Shown here: positions 10,109-21,017 of the stretch, piece by piece
Position numbering within the stretch: the first letter of the stretch is position 1
How the letters are laid out: each line of letters opens with the position of its first letter
Origin: Squalus acanthias
Lineage: Eukaryota
Length of the DNA: 64,000 nt
Assembly: GCA_030390025.1 (NCBI GenBank)
Contig: CM059432.1
Coordinates: 61,444,001 to 61,508,000, forward strand
Direction: 5' to 3'
The notes under the pieces: model-generated
What the model saw: the letters and a program-made list of their open reading frames with translations, nothing else
The model's database searches: none
Told to the model about the DNA's origin: nothing
Program-made: the position numbers and the translations under genes

Positions 10109-13100
10109 CTCCACTTTCCTGCCCACTCCCCATAACCCTCGACTCCCCTGTTGCTCAAAAATCTGTCTATCTCAGCCTTGAATATATTCAATGACTCAGC
10201 TTCCACAGCTCTCTGGGGTAAAGAATTCCAAAGATTCACGACCCTCTGAGAGAAGAAATTCCTCCTCATCTTTGTCTTAAATGGGCGACCCCCTTATTCT
10301 GAGACTATGCCCCCTCGTTCTAGATTCCCTGACGAGGGGAAACATCCTCTCAGCATCTACCCTGTCTAACCCCCTCAGAATCTTATATGTTTCAATACGA
10401 TCACCTCTCATTCTTCTCAACTTCAATGAGTATAGGCCCAACCTGCTCAACCTTTCCTCATAAAGACAACCCTTCCATCCCAGGAATCAACCCAGTGAAC
10501 CTTCTCTGAACTGCCTCCAATGCAAGTATATCCCTCCTTAAATAAGGGGACCAAAACTGTACGCAGTACTCCAGGTGTGCTCTCACCAGCGCCCTGTACA
10601 GTTGTAGTAAGACTTCCCTACTTTTATACTCTATCCCCCTTGAAATAAAGGCCAACATTCCATTTGTCTTCCTAATTACTTGCTTCACCTGCATGTTAAC
10701 TTTTTGTGTTTCATGTACGAGGACACCCAAATCCCTCTGTACCGCTGCATTCTGTAGTCTTTCTCCATTTAAATAATATTTTTCTTATCTATTCTTCCTA
10801 CCAAAGTGGATAACTTCACATTTTCCCACATTATACTCCATCTGCAAAATTCTTGCCCACTCACTTAACCTATCTATATCCCTTTGCAGATTCTTTGTGT
10901 CCTCCTCACAACTTGCTTTCCCACCTATCTTTGTATCATCCGCAAATTTGGCTACAATACACTCGCTTCCTTCATCCAAGTCATTAATATAGATTGAAAA
11001 TAGTTGAGGCCCCAGCACTGATCCCTGTGGCACCCCACTAGTTACAGATTGCCATCCTGAAACTGACCCATTTATCCCGACTCTCTGTTCTCTGTTAGTT
11101 AGCCAATCCTCTATCCAATCTAATATATTACCCCCAACACCATGAGCTCTTATCTTATGCAGTAACCTTTTATGTGGCACCTTGTCGAATGCCTTTTGGA
11201 AATCCAAATACACTACATCCACTGGTTCCCTTTTATCCACCCTGCTCATTACCTCCTCAAAGAACTCTAATAGATTTGTCAAACATGATTTCCCATTCAT
11301 AAAACCATGTTGACTCTGTTTGATTGTATTATGATTTTCTAAATGCCCTGCTACTATTTCCTTAATAATGGATTCGAGCATTTTGCCAATGATAGATGTT
11401 AGGCTAACTGGCCAAAAGTTTCCTGCTTTCTGTCTCCCTCCTTTTTTGAATAAGGGCGTTACATTTGTGGTTTTCCAATCCACAGGGACTTTTCCAGAGG
11501 CAAGGGAATTTTGGAAGATTACAACCAATGCATCCATTATCTCTGTAGCCACGTCTTTTAAGACCCTAGGAAGCAGGCCATCAGGTCATGGGGACTTGTC
11601 AGCCTTTAGACCCATAAGTTTGCCTAGCACTTTTTCTCTAGTGATAGTGATTGTTTTAAGTTCCTCCCTCCCTTTTGTCCCTTGATTTTCTACTATTACT
11701 GGGATGTTTTTAGTTTCCTCTACTGTGAAGACAGATACAAAATATTTGTTCAATGCCTCTGCCATTTCCTTGTTTCCCATTATTATTTCCCCAGTTTCAT
11801 CCTCTAAGGGACCAACGTTTATTTTAGCTACTCTCTTCCTTTTTATATACTTGTAGAAGCTCTTACTGTCAGTTTTTATATTTCTTGCTAGTTTACTCTC
11901 ATAAGCTATTTTCTCCCTCTTTACTATTTTTTTTAGTCATCCTTTGCTGGTTTCTAAAATGTTCCCAATCTTCTAGCCTACCACTAATCTTTGCAACATT
12001 GTATGCCTTTTCTTTCAATTTGATACCATCCTTAACTTCCTTGGTTAGCCATGATTGGTTCATCCTTCTCTTCGAGTCTTTCTTTCTCACTGAAATATAT
12101 CTTTGTTGAGAGTTATGAAATATCTCTTTAAATGTCTGCCACTGCTTTTCTACCGTCTTACCTTCTAATCTATTTTCCCAGTCCACTTTAGCCAACTCTC
12201 TCCTCATACCTTTGTAATTGCCTTTATTTAAGTTTAATACTCTAGTTTCAGACCCAAGTTTCTCACCTTCAAACTGAATGTGGAATTCTATCATGTTATG
12301 ATCACTCTTCCCTAGAGGATCCTTTACTATGAGATCATTAATTAATCCTGTTTCATTGCACATTACCAGATCTAAAATAGCCTGTTCCCTGGTTGGTTCC
12401 ACAACGTATTGTTCCAAGAAACTGTCCCAAATACACTCTATGAACTCGTCCTCAAGGCTGCTTTTGCCAATTTGATTTGTCCAATTTATATGAAGATTAA
12501 AATCGCCCACGATTATTGCAGTACCTTTCTTGCAAGCCCCCACTATTTCTTGATTTATACTCTGTCCTATAGTATAGCTACTGTTAGGGGGCCTATAGAC
12601 TACTCCCACCAGTGCCTTCTTTCCCTTACTATTTCTTACCTCCACCCAAATTGATTCTACATCTGGAACTTCCGAGCCAAGATAATTTCTCACTATTGTA
12701 CTGATCTCATCCTTTATTAACAGAGCTACCCCACCTCCTTTTCCTTTCTGTCCATCCTTCCGAAATGTCAAATACCCCTGAATATTCAATTCCCAGCCTT
12801 GGTCACATTGCAACCACGTCTCTGTGATGGCTATTAGATCATACCCATTTATTTCTATTTGTGCCGTCAATTCATCTATCTTGTTACGAATGCTGTGTGC
12901 ATTCAGATAAAGAGCCTTTAATTTTGTCTTTTTATCATTTTTCCCCCACTCTGACCCTATTTGCTGGTGCACTCTTATGTTTGTATGCTCTGTCCCTTCC
13001 TGTCACACTCTGGTTTTCATTGCCCATATCGCTACCCTGCACTATTGCCCTATCCTTTCTCTTTACCTTTCTAAATTTCCCCTCACTTGAACCCTCCCCC

Positions 13101-13129
13101 CCACGATTTAGTTTAAAGCCCTATCTACA

Positions 13130-14065
13130 GCCCTAGTTATTCGATTTGCCAGGACACTGGTCCCAGCATGGTTCAAGTGAAGGCCGTCCCAACAGAACAG
13201 CTCCCTCTTTCCCCAGTACTGGTGCCAGTGCCCCATGAATCGAAACCCATTTCTCCCACACCAATCCTTGAGCCACGCATTCAACTCTCTGATCTTATTG
13301 ACCCTATGCCAATTTGCTCATGGCTCAGGTAGTAATCCAGAGATTATTACCTTTGTGATTCTGCTTTTTAATTTGGCCCCTAGCTGCTCATACTCCCTCA
13401 GCAGAACCTCTTTCTTAGTCCTACCTGTCATTGGTACCTACGTGGACCACGACAACTGGATCTTTCCCCCCCACTCCAAGTTCCTCTACAGCCCCGAGGA
13501 GATGTCCTTAACCCTGGCACCGTGCAGGCAACACAGCCTTCGGGACTCACGCTCTCGGCTGCAGAGAACAGTATCTATCCCCCTAACTATACTGTCTCCT
13601 ACCACTGCGACATTCCTTTTTACACCCCCCGCCCCCTTGAATGGCCCCCTGTACCACAGTGCCGTGGTCAGTTTGCTCATCTTCCCTGCATTCCCTGCTC
13701 TCGTCCACACAGGTTGCAAGAACCTCATAACAGTTGGACAAGTGCAAGGGCTGAGGCCCCTCCAGTGCTACCTCCTGGATCCCCATACCTGCCTCACTCA
13801 CAGTCACACACTCCTGTCCCTGACCACGGGCCAAATCTGAAGTATTTAACCTAAAGGGTGTGACTGCCTCCTGGAACAAAGTGTCCAGGTAACTTTCTCC
13901 CTCCCTGATGTATCGCAATGTCTGCAGCTCGGACTCCAGCTCATCAACTCTGAGCCGAAGTTCCTCGAGCTGCAGACACTTACTGCAGATGTGGTCGCCC
14001 TGGATCACACTGGTGTCCAGCAGCTCCCACATGCTACAGCTGCAACACATCACCTGCCCTGCCAC
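13130..14065 (-). pseudogene. CR1 ORF1 (zinc finger/leucine zipper + SGNH esterase-like), frameshifted
   Basis: CCSCSMW...HICSKC, LEELRLRVDELESEL, VVGDSIVRG, CCLHGARVKD. Confidence 0.88.
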
Positions 14066-14819
14066 CTCTATTGTATTTTATTTAATTAATTATGTAAATA
14101 TCAATCAATTGTCTATTTATAGTTTTTAACCTTGGTAAACTAGGTAATTTATTGTTTAATTTATTAAATTTATTAAAATAAGTTTAGTTAGTTATAAATT
14201 TAGTTATATGCTACAGGTCTTTACTGTAACTTAGCCCTCAGTCCTAAGAGAAAAGAAATACTCACCAGCAATCACCTACCTGCTTACCGGTGACGTCACA
14301 CTCTGATTTTTTTGTTGTTGAACTGGAGCCTCGCTGCTCCTCCCCCGCTGGCTCTGCTCTCGGGCCTCCTCTCGCCGCGCTCTTTATTCTGCTCCCGCCT
14401 GCCACTCCAGTTCCGCCCAGGTCTGCTGGCTCTGCATTGATTTATCGTTTGCCCACATCCTTTTATGTCAATTCACCTGATTTTCTTCCCAAATTGCGTT
14501 TAGTAAAATCATGTACCATTTCTCTTAGCAGTGCATGATTAAATTTTACATAAATATAATTATATAAATCAGAAGGCAAAGATACAAAAAGGAAAATTTA
14601 ACAGAGTATGACAATTCCCAAATGGCAAATTACTATCAGTTCATTATTTGATCCTTCCTTGTCTCCTTGATTCATCCTGGTCCAATATAGTTTTGTTATC
14701 TTTGGGGTGTTGCCTTTCTCCTTTAACATGAGTCCACAGTTCAAACAATTATCACTGTTTCGGAGGTGTTCTTTCATGACCTGTTATGGCTTTAAAATTC
14801 AAAAGATGTTAGTTCTTTT

Positions 14820-15110
14820 AAACACAGTTCCTCTAATTGTCATCAAAATCCAAGGTATTTTAAGATCTCAGTCTCGCTGACTACTTCCTTCAACATAGTT
14901 TTAGCCATTCTATTTGTTCTTAGTGCACATTTCTTTCATGAACTAGTCCACAAATCGTGCCTTATCACCAACAATCACCTGATCTCCTCACCTCCAAAGA
15001 ACTTGTTCCACAAGTACTTTCGCAATAGTAAGCATGCTGGTACCACTTCAAGCTGATACTTCAAAAAACGAATACAGCATGTCTGTACATTCAGCAATGT
15101 AATGTGGCAA
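14820..15110 (-). pseudogene. Decayed integrase core of an LTR element/ERV
   Basis: Manual translation gives YIAECTDMLYSFFEV, LTIAKVLVEQVLWR*GDQVIVGD, FMKEMC, RTNRMAKTMLKEVVSET and KIPWILMTIRGT, in the order expected for a DDE integrase core. Confidence 0.7.
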
Positions 15111-15139
15111 ATAGAAATAAGGGGTTAATTACTGCTTCA

Positions 15140-15175
15140 CTGGAAAAAAAAACCGTTGGGGGAGAGGTCAGCCAG
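15140..15175 (-). promoter_or_regulatory. Strong splice acceptor upstream of the integrase remnant
   Basis: Minus strand gCTGAC-ctctcccccaacggtttttttttc-CAG: branch point, polypyrimidine tract and AG. Confidence 0.55.
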
Positions 15176-15999
15176 CACAATAGCAGTTTCAGACATGCTG
15201 CTAAGTCAATAAAAAAAGTGCTTTGAAAATGTTCAAACTATAACTTTGTAATTCTCCAAAGCTGCTCTTACCTTTTCCAAAAAAAAGCTCTGTGCATTTG
15301 AACAGTGGCATAATGTAAACTACAGTCAAAATAAATCGATACCACACGTCTTTATAACCTAAAAAGTATAAAACCAAACACTTTTTTGAAAGCACAAAGG
15401 CCTTCCTTAAATCTCGCATTTCTTTGGCGACACAATCTTAAATTAAAATGAACATACATTTAACAACTACACTCTTGCTCTCATAACAACTCCAGGTACC
15501 TTAATTACACTCAAACATTCAAGCATTATTTGTGCTCATCAATAAAATATTGATTCCTTGTTATGGGTTGATTAACTCAAAAGTGCAAATTTTATGTAAC
15601 AATCCTGAGTCACAAGCTAGAGATTGTTCACACAATTTACATAACCAGTTTTCTAGAAGTGGCCACTAATAGAAAAGCAGTATTCATAATTTGATCATTT
15701 GGTCAGACACACATTCTGTAAATTTCAGTTTTCAAACCTAAAACCAGAAGAATTCAGTATCGCAAAAACAACATACTTGTATACATATATAGAGAAAACA
15801 ATTAACAAATATAAAAAAGCATATGCTTGTAGAAAAGACACTGATCATAATGTTTACATTATTATTAATAGCAACAACAGGGACTACAAAGGGTTAAACT
15901 GTGTTTAGGTCTGTGAGACACTACAGCATGAAACAGCAGAAAATATGACACATTTAAAGAGCAGTACATATAACACAAAAGAAAGTATATTAGTCTGCT

Positions 16000-16974
16000 A
16001 CTTCAATCCTGTTTTCTCACAAAAATTTCAATCTCTGATAGTTGCTGTGGGCTTTCAATTATTTCTCTTCCTAAATCTGTTCTTACTCTTTCTTCATATA
16101 TCGAACAAAGGAATTTCTACCAAACTGCTTTATAGCCTTTGTTTGCTGAAAAAGGGCTGATACAAACTCCTCAACCTCCTGCACAATTTCTTCACTCCCC
16201 CTCTGTTGAACAAAGGAAGCGGTGCAATGGCAGAAAGTATACTAAGAAGGGCAGACTGAGAAACTCATCACCAGTCCCAGTAAACCTCTCCAATGCGGAA
16301 TCATTACGACTGCCTCTCTCACTCCTGCAATGTTGCACCTCTTGCATTGTTCCTTTTCACTCTGAATTTCGAGATGACCCCATTTTACAGAAACTTTCAA
16401 TGCTCCTGAACAAACTGCTTGTTGGTCCACAATTTTATCTTTACATTTCTGAATTTCTTTTCCTGTGCTTCTATTTCTAACTGTTCCTGCTTATTCTCTT
16501 TTTTTAAATCCTCATAGGCAGTAGCAGCCATCTGGCCCACCTCGTTCCAACAAGATTTTACCCGATTCCAAAGAGAATTTTCCCATATGTAACCATACCT
16601 TGGCCACATCATTTGCGGATCTCTCCACACAGAAATGAGCAGCAGAGCACAACAACTTCAGCCCTTTCTCTACAGAGAACTCTTTTTTTTCTACTGGACC
16701 ATCCACACGGTTTCTCACTGTTTTAAACAGCTCCTCTTTTTCACACAATAATTCTGCCACCTGCTTTTCGCTTCTTTCCACGCAAAATGTGAGTCGCATA
16801 CATCAACAAAAACCTTGCTGCTTTTAGTTTCAACTTTTTCTCTTTCACCAACTTCTCTATATGGGTCACCACCATCGCATATGTCGCGTCTGTTTTAGTC
16901 ATTAAGGTAACCAACACCTCACTACCAGCTACACCAATTAGCTTCTTTTGAAAAGCTTCCTTGACAGTTGCCAT
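16000..16974 (-). pseudogene. gag-like / coiled-coil ORF of a decayed provirus (frameshifted)
   Basis: ATG ~100 nt downstream of the PBS; overlapping fragments 16741..16974, 16512..16799 and 16397..16630 are K/E-rich and helical. The 3' boundary is approximate. Confidence 0.55.
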
Positions 16975-17072
16975 AGTTACTCATACTACTGGAGGGATAA
17001 CTCCATGCAACCGCCGAAACGGTTTCCTTCCTAAACAAATCCGATCATCCCAGGTCCCAGATTGCTAGTCAG

Positions 17073-17090
17073 GTCCTTTTATGGTTGCCA
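17073..17090 (-). promoter_or_regulatory. Primer binding site, tRNA-Arg type
   Basis: Minus TGGCAACCATAAAAGGAC versus the recalled ERV9-type Arg PBS TGGCGACCACGAAGGGAC: 14/18 match, three differences at CpG positions. It lies 1 nt after an LTR-like ...TTTTACA end. Confidence 0.7.
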
Positions 17091-17091
17091 T

Positions 17092-17550
17092 TGTAAAAGA
17101 ATTTGAATCTGACACCAAATATGGTTGCAACTTAAAACCTTTTATTGTGTGTGGCCAAATCTTGACACATTCAATGTCTCTAAGCAGTAGTCACACAGAA
17201 AAATAAATACAATTACCCTGTTTTTCTTCTGGGTAGAGACATAACCTTCAACAAACCTTTTGTTCTTGTCTCCCTCTACAAATTGTGAAGGAAAGTGCAA
17301 GAGCTTTATAGGCCTCTAGTCACACATACTGTCCAAGATGATTTGTGAGAGCGTGACAGTAGTTATTGTGAACAAGGCCCCCAGAAATGAGGTAGTTCCT
17401 GACAAAATACCAGATGCTAACTTGTTCACCATTAAGCATGTAACTAAACATCTTGAGCCCATTGACCTGTTTCCTATCTCAAGAATATCTTGGCTATCTT
17501 GTTTCACAATGTATTGATGAAGTTTATTCAAATAGGCATGAATCACACAT
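17092..17550 (-). mobile_element. Putative 5' LTR (outer boundary uncertain)
   Basis: Ends in CA next to the PBS; AATAAA on minus at ~17141-17146; TATAAA on minus at 17305-17310. Confidence 0.5.
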
Positions 17551-17754
17551 TCTGTATTTCAGCAGGAAACAGACAGCACAGTCAGCTAAATTATGAACTG
17601 ATACATTAAACCCTGAAGCATTCTGGGAATGAACAGCTTAACCATTTCATTGTTTTTAGCTACAGTACAAATCCACAAGCAATTCACAAGTTAAAAGAAA
17701 GCAAAAACCTTAATCATGTAAGAATAAACCAAATCCTAATCCTACTTATATATA

Positions 17755-17845
17755 GAATCATAGAATGGTTACAGCATGGAGGATGGCCATTCAGCCAGTC
17801 GAGCCCGTGCCAGCTCTCTGCAAGAGCACTTAAGCTAGTCCCACT
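17755..17845 (-). mobile_element. CR1 3' tail fragment
   Basis: agaatcatagaatggttacagca...ggccattcagccagtcgagcc matches the 2425 tail. Confidence 0.8.
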
Positions 17846-19037
17846 AAGAGAGATCCACACAGCATTCTTAAGTTTTCATTATGGATTGTACAGAGTACAG
17901 TTGGAAAAAATGTTCTCCCTTTTGTTCCCTGCCACACTATAATCCAATAACAGTAATGCTTCCTATATTACACCTTTAGAATTGTTTATAAATTTATATC
18001 AGATGCTTTCCATCTTACTGTTCATTAAAATCACTGAAGAGTTATATTCCCGAGAATCCTTGTAATGGAAATGCTCCTCAAACAAGAATGAAAACGAAAT
18101 GGTTAAAACTCTTTGTTGGTGTCCAACCCATAGCCTGCAGGCCAAATCCAGCCCAATTCCCAGTCTTATTCTGTCTGGAGAGTTCCATCTTTTGATCTCT
18201 CTCACCAATAAAAACATCTAATCTGGTGGTAGATTTGTGGGAATTAAAAAAAATCTCAGACAGCATTATGGACTTTGTCAACAGGAGTACGCAGGATTCA
18301 CATACAGCTCCCTCTCCCAGCAACGCTGCTTTCCTCCTTCAGTTGGGACGTGAAGGATTCACACCCTTTGAAGTTCACCTCCATTGTCCAAACATCAGAA
18401 CATTTCCTTCTATTTCACTGCACACTTTGAATGTTGACAGTCAATTGAGATAAAGATCTGAGAGTGCTGCTGCTATTTCACATTTATGAATTCTTCTTGT
18501 AGGAGAAATTGGCACACAAAGCTAGAGAGCTGCAGGCCACAGGGGGATTCCCTCAGACATCAATCAATGACCCAACTGGAAGAAGAGGCTATGGGTATCC
18601 TGAGGAGTAACTCCACTCAACCTGTGGCAGACAGAGAAGTTGGAGGTTCTGAGTACACAGTTGTTTTGTGATTATATTGAAAGCTCTTATTATAGAAAGA
18701 GGAGATCATGAACAGAACTTGTCACTGAAACTGCAACAAAGTTATGAGGATAGCAGTAAGTGACAGCAGAAATCAGGTAACAAGGGCTTTTGTTTGTCTC
18801 CTCAGAACCTCCAAGCAAAGAGGCAGCAAGTGAAGCAGTGGAGGAAGGAATTCCAAGCCCTTCCACAACTGGCAGATGTCGTAGAAACTTGCTCACCCCA
18901 TCAGTTTCAATCTCACTTCCACTCACAACTCCTGATAGAGTCACTAAGGATCAGTACGGTTGTATAGATGAGGAAATGTCACCATGTGAGTCACAGTGTA
19001 AGGAAGCCAGAGGCTAAAAGTGTGGATGTGGAGCATT

Positions 19038-19799
19038 GGCCCAGAAATTAGGCTCCCTGGCTTCCCGCGGGTGTAAGGATCCCGCGCGCACCTACCAACC
19101 GCGCCTGCCGTTGACCTCTGGGCCCACAGGGACTTCAGCTCCTGGGCCTCCTGCAGCTGCCGGCGCGCAGTGCTTGCGTGTCCCAGGGGCGTAGTTAGTG
19201 CGATGCGTCCCCTGGGATCACGTGGGCCATGGAGAGCCAATGGCAGCAGACCATCTTTCATTCATAGATTTGACAGGAAGACCTGTCAAATCTATGAATT
19301 GAAATCGGCCCCAAAACAACAGCTAAACTTCAAATAAATTTTTTAAAAATCGTATTTTTAAAACAACTATAAGTTAAATAAATTAACTACTTTAAACAAA
19401 AATTTAAATTTTTGAAAAAATTAAAATACTTTTTAACAGTGCTAAAAATAAACTTACCTTTCTTTAAAGTATCTAAAAAAGATAAACCTGTTGAAAATGT
19501 TTTTAAATTATAATTAATTAACCACTTACCTTGTTGAAAACGGGTCTTGCGCCTCCTTTTTAAAAGCGCAGGTTCTTCAATACTTACCCTCCCGGAGAAA
19601 CCTGAAAAAAAATCTAAGTTTGCTGCGTGCGCGCAGCCTCTACCGCGCACGCGGTTCACCTCTGAACCGCTCCCTTCACGAGACCGGAAGTTCCGGTTTC
19701 CCGCGCATGCGCAGTGCATGCAGGAAACCTGCACTTCAGGAGGCCTTACGGGTGAGTACACAGTGCGTACTCACCCGGCAAGTGCCGAATTTTTGGCCC
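19038..19799. mobile_element. Non-autonomous PIF/Harbinger-type element
   Basis: Termini ggcccagaaatt...aatttttggccc, 3-bp ATT on both sides, GC-rich ends with an AT-rich core; relatives at 27608 and 61636. Confidence 0.75.
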
Positions 19800-20714
19800 A
19801 TTATGTTGTTGAACAGAGGCCAAGGAAATATCAGTAGCCAGCTGCCAAGCAAGTGGACAATGATCTCAGGTGTCTGGCCATGAAACAAAAGATGCTCCCA
19901 GAGCATCAGATGTATGTGGAGGCTCTGTAAAGCCTCTCATCAGATGTGCGATAGTTGGCTGGCATGGCGATTGAGTCCAATGTCATCCTGTATGGCACCA
20001 TCAGAGAGGGATTTACTTCAATGTAGTTTGTGCTGGAGAGAGGAGCAGCTGCAGCAACATCTGCATTTTGACCCTAATTAACAGGTCACCAGTCAGTGTC
20101 TTCCACGTGCAAGGATTGACTACTGACCTTGAGGGACCAATTGGAGAGTGCAATGGCTGCTCTAATGAATTCCTAACTATCCAAAGTAACATTTCAGAGG
20201 GCTTAGAGAATATCCAGTATATTCTCTCTCAGGGACTTTGGGATATTTGATCTTCTATTAGATTTGTTCTACCACATATCATAGGACCCTAGTTTCCTGT
20301 TCCCTGTTCACGTGAGAGAGCTGGAAATCACACTAATGAAGCTGATATCCCTCAGGACAGCAACACTACAGAGATCTCCAGACAATCCCCTCAGATGCCT
20401 TCACAGGTGGAAATGTCAGAGTAGAACCAGGCTGGTGAATAACATCGGAGAAGCGGGAGCAGATCCAAGGAATTTCCTAGCCCTTATGTTCAGCATACTC
20501 CTCATGCCCCCTTGATATCCTCATCACACCCCCCAGGGGGTCAAGTGTCCCAGTTTGGGAATCTCCGGTCCAGCCAGAAGTTAGAAATCTACTGAAAAAC
20601 ATATAAATAAAGTTATGTTCTGGAGATCTCCGGTGTCAGTCCATTCTAGAAGAACATATAATGCATCAATATGTTCAAGTCCTACTCCATTTCAGTACAA
20701 TACATTGTTGGATG

Positions 20715-21010
20715 TACCAACTTTCAGATGAAACATTAAACTGAGGCCCCATCTGCCTTTTCAGGTGACAAAAAAAGGGCCCATGGCATTCTTTGAAGAA
20801 GAGCAGGAAGTTTTCCTGTGTCCAAGCCAATATTCTTCCCTTAACCGATACCACGAAAACAGGTTAACTGGTCATTCATCTCAATTCCTGTTTGTGGGAT
20901 CTCTCTCGGCACAAATTATTGCCACTTTTGTGTAGATAAGAAAAATAAATGCAGTTCAAAAGTAATTAATTAATTGGCTGTTAAACACTTTGGGATTTGT
21001 CAAGGACATG
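20715..21010 (+). mobile_element. Decayed Deu-domain SINE
   Basis: Reverse-complement similarity to 4269-4744 (ctgaggccccatctg, ccatggca, ctgtttgtgggatct). Confidence 0.7.
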
Positions 21011-21017
21011 GTAAAGT

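Larger units (their letters stand above)
8347..14420 (-). mobile_element. Near full-length CR1 LINE (ORF1 + ORF2), interrupted at 8446-10108
   Basis: cataagaa tail at 8347; RT fragments 10087-11780; APE endonuclease ORF 11899..12972 (YLNAHSIRNK, AITETWL, GDFN, SDH); ORF1 at 13486-14065; GC-rich 5' UTR. Confidence 0.95.

Noticed and set aside
18200..20520. Host exons among short ORFs here and at 42800-43970
   Set aside because: No consistent splice structure; more likely very old Harbinger-type remnants, too decayed to call.
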